The translations under genes and the position numbers were made by a program. DNA of 64,000 nucleotides from Camelus dromedarius (taxonomy: Eukaryota): assembly GCF_036321535.1 (NCBI RefSeq), contig NC_087455.1, positions 12,462,001 to 12,526,000 of the forward strand, read 5' to 3'. The notes under the pieces are model-generated. The model worked only from the letters and a program-made list of their open reading frames with translations, was not told the origin of the DNA and searched no databases. This document shows, one piece after another, positions 25,697 to 38,935 of this stretch (the stretch's first letter is position 1; the number at the start of each line of letters is the position of its first letter).

Positions 25697-27164
25697 TAGC
25701 TAGAGCTATTAAACTCCGAGGAAAAAAATAGGAATTTGCGTGGCCCTAGATTTGGCAATGGATTCTTATGTATGACACCAAAAACACAAGCAACAAAAGA
25801 AAGTAGATAACTGGACTTCATCAAATAAAAAACTTCTATGCTTCAAAGAACACTATCAAGAAAGCAAAAAGACAACTCACAGAATGGGAAAAAATTACAA
25901 ATCACATATTTGATAATGGACTTGTATCTAGAAATTCACAAAGAATTCTTACAACTCAAAAACAGAAACAGAAATAACTCAATTCAAAAATGGGCAAAGG
26001 ACCTGAATAAACGTTTCTCCAAAGAAAATACACAAGTGTCCAGTAAGCACATGAAAAAATACTTCATATCATTAGTCATCAGGGAGATGCAAATCAAAAC
26101 CACAATGAAATACCAATTTGTACACAAGTGTTCAGTGCGGTGTTGCTTAATAACATCCAAAGTATAATTTACTTATAATAACAATCCAATGTCCACCAAA
26201 GGATGAACACACATACAAAATGTCATACAGCCAAAAAATGGAATATTACTTAGCCATGAAACATGGAGCAATTAACTGGGAGGGATTAAAAAGACAGCTA
26301 GATTCGTTATAAGTAAAATCTCATCAAGGGATATAATGAAACAGTAATGAAATCATTTTTAATCGACTATCATTAACGGCAGATGGTGCTTGAATGCAGG
26401 GGAAGGGTGGATCTAAATGTCAAGGGAGCTTCCTCTCGACTTCAATCAAGGCATAAGTACCATAAGTGCCTGACTCTAAAAGGCCTTCAAAGAAACTCAT
26501 GCAAGGAATGCCTCCTGCAACTTGGTCACATGTAAAACTGAAGCAGGAAGCACATCTGTTTCGAGCTTGCCCCCAGGGCCTCAGGTTCTTCTCCAAACTG
26601 GGTTCATAACTCCCACCCACAGAGAGAAAGCCAGAGCCTGAAGCAGCACCCACAGCCAAGCAAATCAGCATTTCCAAGGTCAACTGCTGACAGGCCTGAT
26701 TGTTTACAGCAACTCCAGTGTTCCGGCGGCTGAAGTTAAGAGGCTTGCTTACCCTCTCTGGCTTGCCCAATACCATAAGAAACTAATTTACCACATCTGC
26801 TACAAAATATGAACAAACTGTAGGTGTAGAGTCAAATTAGCACATGACATTTCAAACAGAAGCAAGTATTAATAGGATCTGCAGAAGTAATTTTAAGCTG
26901 GTTAAACAATTTTGGGAAAAACGTAAAATACCAATGACACCAGTGGTAGAGGACTGACAAGTATAAGAAAAACAAAAGAAGAAGAAAGAAAAAGAAAAAA
27001 GAAAGTAATAGAAAATATTATCTTGTTTTACCAACTGGTTCAATGTGAATACTCACCAAATACTCAGCTAAAAAGCTGCAAAACTACTTGATTTAACCAC
27101 CCTTGCAATTTCTTGTCATCCTCTAATGGGGTCACTGAGAAGTGGAAAGCCCTCTGTACTTGCT

Positions 27165-27476
27165 GCTCCTACAGCTGCCATTTGCCACACGTAGCTATTA
27201 AGCACATGAAATGTGGCCAGTCCAGATTCAGATCTACCCTAAGATTCTGAACTTGGAACCTGGTACCAAAAAAAAAAAGTAAGTGTAAAAATAACTCTAT
27301 TTTTATATTGATTACCTGTTAAAATAAGATTTTAGACACATTAAATTAAATTAAACATTACTAAAATTAATTCCTCCTCTTTCTTTTTTACCTTTTGTAA
27401 TGAGGAAAGTAGAAAATTTTAGATTCCACATGTGGCTCACAGTGTATTTTTATTGGACAGTGCTGCTACATATAAA
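27165..27476. mobile_element. MER33-like hAT-Charlie MITE
   Basis: gccacacgtagctattaagcacatgaaatgtggccagtcc ... cacatgtggctcaca...attggacagtgctg. Confidence 0.75.
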
Positions 27477-27670
27477 TAACACTTTACATTTATATAGAAC
27501 ATATGTATTTAATTTCAGTTGTAAAGTACAGAAGATGAGGGAGAAATCAGTCTGGGTAATAAAATAATCTTCTCTACAATAATCAAATTGGTTTCACCCG
27601 TTAATCACCAACCTAACAAAAGCTTTTCTGTTTACCGAAAGACAAACTTCTGTCTTAAAAAGGACCTGAT

Positions 27671-27812
27671 ATTGGGGTAGGTTAGAGCTCAGTGGTACAG
27701 TGCGTGCTTAGCATGCATGAGGTCCTAGGTTCAATACCCAGTACTGTTAAAAATAAATAAATATAAACCTACTTGCCTCCCCACCAAAAAAAACTAAAAT
27801 AAAAAATTAAAT
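27671..27812 (+). mobile_element. tRNA-derived SINE (camelid-type)
   Basis: ggggtaggttagagctcagtggtacagtgc...aggttcaatacccag; TSD aaaaaggacct(g/a)at at 27657 and 27813. Confidence 0.9.
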
Positions 27813-28986
27813 AAAAAGGACCTAATGTTTCAAAAATGATCCTAAAGTTCTGCTTCTGCTATCAATTGTCATCTTTGCCTAGAATTAAACTAGTCCTAAT
27901 GCTTTTCAATGATCAAAGATATATGATAAAGTGCTCGTCTAATTTTAAAATCTGATCAAGTGACTCCATTTCAGTTTCTTTTGCGGTCATCATTTTCATA
28001 TTCTGTTAGATCACTGAAACCTAACCCATGCCTCTGCTCCAGAGATTAAAAAAAAAAAAAAAAAAGTAGAATCAACACAAAGATTATTCTCAAGCATCCA
28101 GAAAAACCCAGGCAGTATTCAGATACTCCACACATTCTGTTTTAAAAACTAAAATATGACTCATTTACTATTTCAAAAAGAGACACCCCAATGTGGATGG
28201 GAGAACTTAGCAAGCAGGAGAGCACAGTAAGCAATTATCTCCACACATTCCATCATGTGGAGAAACCACGCCTACTTTTAGGTTTCAGCCAGTGGAAGAA
28301 AATCCGGAGGTGTTGGAACAGCTGGAAATTTATGGAGTGAGTGCATGGTAACTAGAGGTGAGGTGAGGCCAACAGCAGCCCAAACTTTCCTCTCCGCAGC
28401 TCATAAAAAGGAAACTACTCAACTTTCTTACTAAGGAAGCCAATAGGAAGGGAAAACACACTTCATACTTTTAATATCCCCAAACTGGCCCCCACGCAAC
28501 TGGCCACTGATAGAAATGTACCTACTGTTCATATTATGTGAACAGAAGGTGTAAGTGTTTTCAAAGTGGCTTTGAAACGTTATCAACAAGAAAAGTTAGA
28601 ATCTACAAACTTAGAATAATAAATAATACACATGAGCTGTATCTTTCTATTTTGTGACAGGACCTGAGTCTATTGCTGGTAAATAAGCTGCGTAACCTGA
28701 ATAACTAGAAATGAAGCCAGTGGAAATGAGAGTATAGCCCTCATTCCTGGAAGAGCTGATCTTAAAATGTTGTGATCTTAATAGTTCTACAGTTTTTTTT
28801 GGGGGGGGGAGGGTGTCCGATAGAAACAACAATTTTTTTGTATTTTTAGATATATGGAATAATTCAGGCTCCAAACTAATAAATTTCACTAATTTAGTAA
28901 TTGTACCTTTTACACAATCCTGAACCCTGCAATCAACAAATACTGGTCAGTAAGGCCCCAATGGCTACCTCATAAGAAATGTTCTG

Positions 28987-29000
28987 GTGCCACCTAGTGG
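28987..29000 (-). promoter_or_regulatory. CTCF core motif
   Basis: Minus strand reads CCACTAGGTGGCAC, matching the core CCASYAGRKGGCRS. Confidence 0.55.
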
Positions 29001-29029
29001 TGTATGTTTCCTGTCAAAGGGGAAATAAT

Positions 29030-29210
29030 TAGACCAGGGTTCTCAAAGTGTGGTCCCTTGACCTCCAGAATCAGCACCACCTGGGAACTTATTAGAAACG
29101 CAAATTCTTGGGCTCACCTTAGATCTACTGGAACTTTAGTGGCGAGGGCTAGCAATCCGTTTTTTGACAAGCCCTCTAAGTGATTCTCCCACGTTTGAGA
29201 ACCATTGGAT
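29030..29210 (+). mobile_element. MER5A-like MITE
   Basis: cagggttctcaaagtgtggtcc...acctgggaacttattagaaacgcaaattcttgggc...gtttgagaaccattgg. Confidence 0.8.
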
Positions 29211-30609
29211 TAATCAGTCCTTACACAAAAATTAAGTGCAAAGTCTTAAAAACTTAGGTTCATCAGTGAACAAAAATGCTCAATTTCTAATTTTGGAAAG
29301 CAACTTATTTTTCTACATTTTGAAATCAAATATCTATATTTAAGGAACGATGTTAAAAGCCATTTACTAACACATTAATACACATTCAGCATCTGATCAG
29401 CACCAAATGAGTCCCAGACTCTGAAAATATCAGATGAGCCCCCAGAGATCTGTGCCCTGAGGAAACTCAGGTCAAAGCTGAGACACATTAACAAAATAAA
29501 AATAGGAAATAAACGCAAAAAGCCCCATGAAACAAAGAAAAAGCATTAATTGGTAACAGGATATCAGGCTATGGCATCTTAAGAGGGCTCATCTGAAAAG
29601 GGGGAACACATGAAAAGCCAAGGAGGTAGAACACTGGGGGTTTTAAAATTAAGTTACCTACCCTAATGATAACAGACACCCTGAAAAAAGTCCACTGTTT
29701 ACATCTGCTCCTGAGCAACTACATTATTAAGTAACAAGAGAAAAGCAGGTCTGATGAAGCCTTGCTAAACTGTTTTATTTTCTTAGAGGAGAACTTGGTT
29801 ATTTTAAAAAACTTGAAACACCTGGGTTTCAGTAAGAGCTGTCTCACAATGGATCTAGATGTCTGCACGTTTTTAAATGCAGCTTGATTTTATGCTTTTC
29901 TCTGAGGGAAAAAAAAACTCAATTTTTAATAAGTACCTATACCTGTTTATTCATAATTAAAGACATACGCTTGAAGTTAAAAAAAAAAAAAACCTGGATC
30001 AAGAGATACATGCCCAGTACGGCTACTCAGTCACAATTAAGTATATATTGTCTCTTACTCCCTGGCTTAAACTGCAAACCTATCATTTAGGAGGGAAAAA
30101 AATCAACTCTGAAAGGCTAATCTTGCAAAACCAAGCCTTAAATATGACAGATAACATCATAGACATAATAAAGGTAGCATAAAATATAAAGGAATTCCAA
30201 AGACTTGCTCTCTTGATTAATTTTGATTTCGTCCTCTTAAGATGTAAATTTAGATAGCCCCAGAGACCAACTATGTAATTCTAGCATTTTAAGAGTCATT
30301 GCCCATAATAGGATGGGTTTCTGACAAAACTCTTCCTTTTTCTCTTTTCAAATTTTCCCTCTACTCACAAGTGAGTGTGTAAAAGTATGTCACAGAAGAA
30401 TGGGTCAAAAGTAAAATAGAAATAATAATTTTTAAACACAAGAAAAAAAACTTTGGACTGATTTTTTACAAAGAACTTTCCTCACTGTCACTGTCTTTGC
30501 AAAGAAGAGTCTGTTGGGCCAGTGCATGGGGCTGACGCCAGACCACTTTGCCAGTTCAAATGCTCTGCTGTTCACTAACTTTTTTTAATTTAAAATGTTC
30601 TCATTTGTT

Positions 30610-30770
30610 AAAAAAAAAAAAAAAAGAGGAAGAAGAAGGAGGAGGAGGGATGAGAGGAGAAGAAGGGGGAGAAGGGGAAGGGGGAGAAGGGGAGGAAGGG
30701 GAAAGGGAAGAAGAAGAAGAGGAAGAGGAAAAAGAAGAGGAAGAAGAGGAAGAGGAGGAAGAAGAAGAAG
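30610..30770. repeat. 161-nt polypurine tract (A16 + GAA/GAG/GGA repeats)
   Basis: Only one pyrimidine (T30651) in the stretch. Confidence 0.97.
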
Positions 30771-31928
30771 TAAAACCTCATATAACTGCAATAAGAAGTA
30801 GACAAAATATATTCCAAAACGCCATTCACATCACTAACAGCTGGTAAGGGTTACAGCCACCTACTGAGATCTATCAGAAAGAGAAAGGGGCCCCAGATCA
30901 GTCTAGGTCAAGGGGCTGAAATCAGGCCAAATTGGGCTCAAATTCAAATTCCCTGGCTGCCCCTTGGGTGTGTGTCGTATGGTAAGTTACTTCAACTCAA
31001 TGAGCCTCATTTGCCATCTGTAGACGGAGGATAAGACTACCTCCTTCTGTGATTTTCACCAATGCACCTTTATTCCATAGTATCTGCCTACCGTCAGCTC
31101 CCGGCTCCCTCTTCCTCACTCACTTCAGCACTTTCACGAATGGTTACATCAGGAGGTGAGGCACTTCCCAGGTCGAGGCTAAACAATATAATAATGGCAG
31201 TGATACATTTAATAGCAACCTCTCACACCTATTTCCAAGACACAAGTCAATGTATAAGGAGTCTCACCAGCTGAGGAAGAGGCTGACCCTGAAGTTCCCC
31301 CATAACCAGGCTTTGTAACCTTTAGAGTCTTTTACCAAATGCAAACATGCTCCAATGTGAGAAATGCCCAGTGGTGTGCTGGTAACCCCAACAACCAGCT
31401 CTCCAGTTGGTAGAAAGGGCTGATTTGTGGCATTTGCCCATTTCTGTTGGTGGGGTTGATTCTCCTATCACAGCTGCTACAACCCAAGACCCAAATTCCT
31501 TAATTATTCGATTTATTGACTGATTTACTCAATAAGCATTTGCAGACAACCTGAAGTGTACAAAGTCTTCTGCCAGGCTTTGAGGGTAGGGGGTGAGGAA
31601 GACGATACATGAATCCTACCCTCAAGGACCTTACAGACCAGACAGGGAAACACAACAAATACAAAAAAGAATGATAAAACACAAGGAGAACATGAGGAAT
31701 GCTATAACCTCTGAAAACAGGAAAAATTCCTAATTGCCAGCAGGCAGTGTGTACAATAAACATCCAGGTATTATTTACCTAACGAACCCTTAGCATTGCC
31801 CATGCTTTCTTCTAGGCAAACTTCAAAAATTCTCTGGGTGAAAAACAGTATTCTTCTTCCACCAGAGTTAACACCTATGCACATGTATGTATTTATGTAT
31901 GCAGACATGTGTGCATTTGTGCACATCA

Positions 31929-32140
31929 CAGTTTCTCAGCCTCGGTACTGCTGACATTTTAGGCTGGAGAGTTCGGTTGTGCAGGGACTGTCTATGCATT
32001 GCAGGATATTCAGCAACATCTAAACACCTAGAGGCTAGTAGAGACCAGTAGCACACACACCACCTACCTTCAAGTTGTGACAACTAGAGATGTCTCTGGA
32101 CATTGCCAAAGGGCCCCTGAGGGCAAAATCACCTCTGTTG
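31929..32140 (+). mobile_element. MER20-like hAT MITE
   Basis: gtttctcagcctcggtactgctgacatttt...gacattgccaaagggcccctgagggcaaaatcacc. Confidence 0.8.
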
Positions 32141-33223
32141 ATATCCATGTTTGTATGTATGCATCTACGGATACAGATGGGGTATATATATGGATGGACT
32201 GGATATGTGGATCCATGGACATGGACCTGTGTGCATATATGAATGAATGAGTTAGACATTCGGTGAGAGGAAATTTTTATAGTAATCTCCCTACTAGGTT
32301 TTAAACATACTCATTCAGTTATGGAGGGCTTACTATGTACCAAGTGCTAACAGAGGCAAGAACAGGGCGTAGAGGCAGCTAACAAAACCCCTGCAGTCCT
32401 GGTGCTTACGTACAGAGCAGACAGACAATAAACCAAATAACTACAGCAAAGAGACAGCATATGGGAAGGTGAGGCAGTGTAAGCAGAAGGGAGAAAAATC
32501 AAGCAAGGCAGAGGGTTAGAGATTCTGAAAAAAGAGGATAAAGGACATGTTGCAATTCTAAATTCAGACTTAAACACGCCAGACAAAACACTTATGATCA
32601 GATTTTCAGAAGATCATGTGCCTACAGGTAATTTCTTGAGCATAGAATTTGAAAGCACATCTAGATGTTATTAGTGTTAACGTTAACAACAGAGGGAATG
32701 CACTCATTTTGGTTCATAATCTGTAAGGGAGCAGAAACCTATCAAATTCACGGGAGAGCTGTGACATGACCCACCCTGTGCCCTATTTCCTAACTCCTAT
32801 TCTCTGCCCAACCTCAGAGCCTGATAAACCCCACTCAATATGAAAAGTTCCCATCCCCTCTATAAGAACTAGTGAGCAAAAGCATCAGAGATCACCTAAC
32901 CGCAAAGGTTCCCTTCAGTCTCAAAACGGCATTCATGGATGACCAATATGAACGCTGCTGATGACAAAGGAGAGGGAATGAGGAAAAGGAACATGATATT
33001 TTATCCTGATAAATCTTTTTGTGGGACTTAATTGATGCTAAAAGGCTGTTTTACATTTTATTGCGCTGTCCTAATCTATTATTATTGTGAAATTTTTCCC
33101 TGATTCTTTTTATTAACACATTTCAATCTTCCCCCAACATGTATTTCATCAGAAGTTCTTCTCACTTGATTAACTGCAGTCTATAAATACGCCACTACAA
33201 TGAACAAACACACATAGACCTGG

Positions 33224-33900
33224 TGTGACATAATTAAGAAATATATATTTGTCTCTGCCCCTACAACCCTTGAATCATCAAAGTGATGTGTCTTTTTGTA
33301 TGCTAATACGATGACTGGTGGCTAGGGGTACCTGGATAGCTTCAAGATAGGGGTTAGTTGCCAGGGGAACCAACCACATGACTGGGGGGCTGGAGACTGA
33401 ACCAATCACCAATGGCCAATAATTTAATCACTTGTGCGTGGGCACGTAATGAAGTCCCCATAAGAACTCAAAAGGCAGGGTTCAGAGAGCTTCCAGGCTC
33501 AGGAACACATGGAGGTGCTAGGAGGGTGGCGTGCTTGGAGATGGCATGGAAGCTCTGTGCCCCTCCTACCCACCTTAACCTTCCATCTGGCTGTTCCTAA
33601 GTAGTATCCTTTTATAGTAAACCAGTAGTCTAGTAGGTAAACCATTTCCCTGAGTTCTGTGAGCTACTTTAGCAAATTATAGACCCCAAGGGAAGCAGGG
33701 GCAATCTCATAGCACTGAGCCCTTACACTGTGAGATCTGACCCTAACTCCAGGCAGACAGTATCAGAATTGAATTGAACTGAATTGTAGGACACCCACTT
33801 GGTGTCTGCAAAACTGGAGAATTGCTTGGTGTGGGAAAACCCCCCACAAATCCGTTAGCTAGAAGTGTCAGAAACGTTGTGAAGAGTTGAGGACAAACAG
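33224..33900 (+). mobile_element. MER21-family ERVL LTR
   Basis: tgtgacataattaagaaat...accaatggccaataatttaatca...tatcagaattgaattgaactgaattgtaggacaccca. Confidence 0.75.
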
Positions 33901-35289
33901 TGCAGTTCTTCCTTATACCTGGGAAATATGAAGATATAGGCAAGATAATAGAGTTTTTCTAAAGAGCTAGATTTTTAATATTCTGTAGGCAATGCCTTTA
34001 TAATTCTAACACTACAGACACCATAATTTTCAATAGTCGTCATTCATTTAAGCTATAATATTTTGCTTTTGTAATTGGCTCCAATTATTAAAGCTATATA
34101 AGAAATACAAACATTGGCTTCTTATGGGTTATTGCTATTTTTATTGTCTTTGTGGCCACCACCACCTTATTACCTTCTAATTATTGCTTCTGTTCAATAA
34201 TATAATTATGGAACAAAGTACTGGAGCAAGGCCCAGAAGAGACCTTTCCAATTAACTGGAATCCTGGCTACAAGAAGCAGTTCTCTAGATGGAGAAATTT
34301 ATTACAACGTGATAAAAATCCAGAATGTGGATCTTCCTAAAAAAATAAGTCTTGAGAATGTGAGGTCCATATGTGCCGGTTTATCAAAACATTAAGTAAT
34401 TTTCCAAACAATTTTAATATAAAAGATTTAAGTAAAATGATTACTCCTTTTTCACAAAATAAGATGATGGGAGATAGGGTCATGGGTGATTATAATTTTT
34501 TCTATTAAATTTTTAGATTTAAGAATGCCTTAGGTCACGAGGGAAACTAGAATATTACCCCCCCGAGCATCCAGATTCAATAACTATCCACTCGACTAAA
34601 TGCTTAACATTTGCCAATTTGTAAGTTCAGTTATTTAAAATGACTACAAATTTGCACAGCCATGTAATCTTGAACTCTGAGGACTGTTCTTTATTGATCA
34701 TTAACTCTGTCACAAAGTGAGAACTCTGTTTCTTTAGTAATAAACCTAATTACTACCCCCCACCACCCAAAGGTGATGAGTCTTAAGCAGAACACAAATT
34801 CTGGGTATTTGAAAGAGCAGACTAGCATTCAATCAATTCACTGTACCACTTCTATCGGTCAGGAATGCAACCGGCTGCCATCGCTTAACCAAAAAGGAAT
34901 GGATGTTCCTGCCATTACAAGTCCAGATGTGGACAGACTAGGTTCAATACAATGACCCCCAAAGGTCCCAGCTTCTTCCCTCCACGACCAGATTCAACTC
35001 TGCCTTTACAAATAGACCTAAAGCCAAGGAAGTGCAACTCTCTGAACACAAGAAGGGAAGAACTTCGCTAGCAAAACAGGACAAAAGCTGATGGGCTGTT
35101 TCAGAAAACAACACAACCTCATTTTGGAATTCAAAAGGGAGAGGAAGAGAGGAAAAAAAAAAAAGAAAAATCAGATAATACAACTCTCAACAAAGTAACC
35201 AAAATTTTTGGACTTAAATATCATTAAATGGTATTTCAATATCATCCAACTGCTGCAAATGTTATAAGACAGACACAATCAATTTTCAA

Positions 35290-35545
35290 TAAAGTAAAAT
35301 GGTTAAGGGCAAAAACTCTGCAGTCAAGTCGCTTATGCTCAAATCTCAACTCCCACCACCCACTAACTGTGTGACCTCAGGAAAGCACTTAACTTCACTG
35401 AGCCTCAGTAGCTCATGTGTACAATGGGGTTAACAATAGTCCCTACTTCGCAGGATGACAGTTAGGACCAAGTCAGATGTCACATGTAAAGACGGCACAG
35501 TGCATGCACATGTTGGAAGCGTGTAACAAATCCAGCTATCATTAT
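35290..35545 (+). mobile_element. MIR SINE
   Basis: ctgtgtgacctcaggaaagcacttaacttcactgagcctcagt core. Confidence 0.75.
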
Positions 35546-36719
35546 CTTCATCAGTTGGACCACCTTCATCATCACCGTATCCTGGCATAGTTCAACAAAC
35601 ATGCAGTTTTTTACCTGCCTGACCATAACAACTGAGGTCTTTCTGCTCTGTGTCTTTCAGCAAGTCACAGAAAGAAAAGCAATATAGAAAGAAAAGTCGA
35701 GAAGCCCTCCGACCAGGATCTTCTCATTTCCTGGACCCTCGGACAATTTAAATATACATCCTTTTATTTTCTTCCAAACGTTCCTCACAAATATTTAGCA
35801 AGAATCTGATAAAAGCTTTCAATCCTCAGGCACATACATTTTCCATGGAATCGCAGAACATTAACCAAATCTCTGAAGGCCATCTGCGGACTTGCCCTGG
35901 CACAGAGGCAGGAAGAGAGAGGACACCAGCCTGAGGTACAGTCACGTTTTAGAGAAAGGCTATTCCTCAAATCGACTTAACTAAATTTAAACAGCTTACG
36001 AAAATTCAATTCCTTCAAGACGATGTTAATAGCAATGCTGGTAAATTATGAGTACATTCTGCTTAGGAAAGCAGAAAAGTACAAAATACACTTTAAAATC
36101 TGAAAAATAAGCTCCAATTATCTGAAAAACCTCCTAATGCAACAGATTTCATTCCCCAAATAATTCAAAGAAAGTATTACTAGAATACCAATAAATTTAG
36201 AGAAAAAACAAATACACAGGGCGGCAGTACGCGTCTAACTGCCCAGACACCACATGTTGTATCATAACAGGGAAAGGTGCTAATTTCAAATAAGCTAGGA
36301 AGTTGAACAGGGGTGATCATCCACATAGGAATATGCAACCGACAGGAAAATGCAACCGACAGGAAACAAAACAAAACACATCATCACCCAAGTTCTTGGG
36401 AGCAAGAATTCCCTTTACCAATGATTTAATAATATAGTGACAAGAAAATGGCAGCACAAAGTGAGAAAACAGTATCTAAGTGATCATCACCACCTATTTT
36501 ATCAAAACTCATGCTAATCTGTGATGAAACTGAGCCACTCAAAAAATCAGCAGAAAGACTATGTAATCTCATAAGGCTAAAAGGGAAAGGGGATATTTCT
36601 GCTGTGCAGATAGTTCATGGTCTTTTCCACTTGCCCTTCTGCACTTTAGTTTCTCCCAATCCACTGAGTGTTGTGCAACAAAATAGACAACTCAAATGCA
36701 AACCAAATGACTAAATAAT

Positions 36720-36900
36720 TGTTAACATTTACTGAGCACTTATTAAGTATCAATGACGGCTCTATGTAATCTGTACTATCTCATTTCATCCCCACAACAA
36801 TGCCATCTACAAGTGAGAAATCTAAGAGGTTACAGAACTTGTCCAAGGTCACAAAAATAAGTGATGGCGCTAGGATAAGAACCCAGGCATTCTGCATGCA
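36720..36900 (-). mobile_element. MIR SINE
   Basis: aacatttactgagcactta...gaacttgtccaaggtcaca. Confidence 0.7.
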
Positions 36901-37439
36901 CCATTCTGCACTCTTACATTACATATCCCGCTTATACCATAGTGTGGGTGTAAGATCAGATGCCAAGCACACAAATCAAATCCTCATCATCTCAACTGTA
37001 ATGTCTTAGCTGAACTTACTTTTTCACCTGAGCTACTGAAATAATCTCGTTAGCCAGTTGAGGCAACTCCTTCCTCCATGGGTTCTCAGTATTGCCAGGA
37101 GGTTATTTTTCTAAAATTGGATTTTACCATGTTCTTTCTCTATTTTAAACCTCCAACGAGATAAGTCCTGACTCCCTGCAAAGCATTACCTTTTAGGCCC
37201 TCAATGTTCACTTCACGGTCGAATAACATAAACATGTCTTTCTTTCCAGCCAAACCATAAACAACTTGAAGGGAGAAACCTTTATTAATCTTTGTAGTGT
37301 TTAGCTAACATGGTCAATGAATTACTGATTTAGCTGGACTCAAACCTAAAATGCCTTAAACAGACTTCCAGACTCATTCATCTTTGTTCCCCTCTTCACA
37401 TCACAGGCCCTTCGAAGCTCTGACCCTCAAATTTCTAAC

Positions 37440-37650
37440 TGCTGGCTATTGTTTATGATAGCTATTGAATAAACACTATGCTAAGAGGGCTTTGCAAATA
37501 TTATCTTATTTAACTCCAACAATCTTATCAAGTGGGCATTTTTACCCTGATTTTACAGATAAAAAATTACAAGTTCAAAGAAATTACCTCTTTGAGCAAG
37601 TTACAGAACTAAGGCTGGAACTGGGACTGGAGCCCATATCAGGCTGATTC
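37440..37650 (-). mobile_element. MIR SINE
   Basis: ccctgattttacagataaaaaattacaagttcaaagaaatt...ttgagcaagttaca. Confidence 0.65.
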
Positions 37651-37974
37651 TAAGCCTTGTAATTAAGTGGCGATATTGACTCTGCCTCCTAACAGTCTTT
37701 CGTCTATTGTTATAGGCGAGTCACCTTCAAACTTCCTTAAATACCAGGTGTTTGTCTACTCACGGGGTCCTTAGACAGCACCTCAGTCTAGCATCCCATG
37801 AAAACTGCCCCCTAACAAGCGCCTGCTGAATGACTCCAGCGAGGATCAATCTAGGCATTCTCTCTGAAGGGAGTTTCCCACATCACCTAAGTCCTGCTCA
37901 CAAGCACTCCAATTCAGTCTCATAACCAGCAGTTTCCAGGGTGTAGTCCCTGAGACCCTTTCATGAGCTCCATA

Positions 37975-38106
37975 GGGTCAAAACTATTTTCCTAATAATC
38001 ATTAGAGCTACAACAGAGTAGTCACTACAGAGACCACATGTCCCACAAAGCAGAAAATATTTGCTATCTGACCCCTTATGGAAAAACTTTGCCAATCCCT
38101 GCTTTA
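37975..38106 (+). mobile_element. MER58-like hAT MITE fragment
   Basis: cacaaagcagaaaatatttgctatctgaccccttatggaaaaactttgccaatccctgcttta terminal motif. Confidence 0.55.
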
Positions 38107-38249
38107 CAGCATGAACCTTTCAAAAAACGATGCTTACATTTCTTTTCAACTGATACAGAGGATGTTGTATTTTGCATCAAAATATGTTTCTTATTAAAAA
38201 AAACAGGCAAACAAAAAACAAACCTCATACCAAAAATACTCATAAGCCT

Positions 38250-38935
38250 TCAAAGAAAATCCTGAAAAAAACTGATACAATCCTCCAGGAGACTTATGTA
38301 CCAGCTCTTCTGGCTTATAGTGTAAGATCTTATTATGAGTTTCCCAAAAACTCAACAACATAATATACACAAGCAGCAACAGACAAAGGTAACAGAATTA
38401 GCAGACAAGGATATTAAAACAGCTATTATAAATATGCTCCATATACTCACGAATATAGAAGAAAACATGAGAGAAATGGAAGAGACAAGTAAGATTCCAT
38501 TTAATTCTTTTTTATGTCTCTTAATGCTGAAGAATACAGTCTCTGAAATTAAAAATTCCCTGGACAGACTTAGCAGATTAGACATTTCAGAAGATAGGAC
38601 TAATGAATCTGAAGACAGCAAAAGAAACTATTCAAACTGAAGCCAGCAAGAAAAAAAGACTGGAAAAAAATCACCCAAGCTTCAGTGACTTAAGGGATAT
38701 TACCAAGCCATCTAACATACATATAATTGGTGCCCCAGAAGGAGGAGAGGGGAGAGACAGAAAAAGTATTTGAAGAAATACTAGCAGAAATATTTTCCAA
38801 ATTTGATCAAAACTGTAAGCCTACAAATCCATAAAGCTCAAAGAACACCAGACAGAATAAGCCAAGAAAATCATACCAAACCACATTACAATCAAATTGC
38901 TGAAAAACAGTGATATTAAAAAGAAACCAAGAGAT
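38250..38935 (+). mobile_element. Old L1 ORF1 fragment
   Basis: Decayed ORF1-like text (ELADKDIKTAIINML...KNTVSEIKNSLDRL); aattggtgccccagaaggaggag; gaaaatcataccaaaccacatt. Confidence 0.8.

Larger units (their letters stand above)
24480..26260 (+). mobile_element. Old L1 ORF2 fragment (decayed RT/C-terminal region), with nested SINE and gap
   Basis: ctattcacagatgacatg (LFTDDM RT motif remnant), aaaatcaatttta, tgggcaaaggacctgaataaacgtttctcc. Confidence 0.85.

Noticed and set aside
30548-30847. Poly-E/G, poly-R/G and poly-L/P/F ORFs
   Set aside because: Translations of the purine tract, open in several frames because of low complexity.
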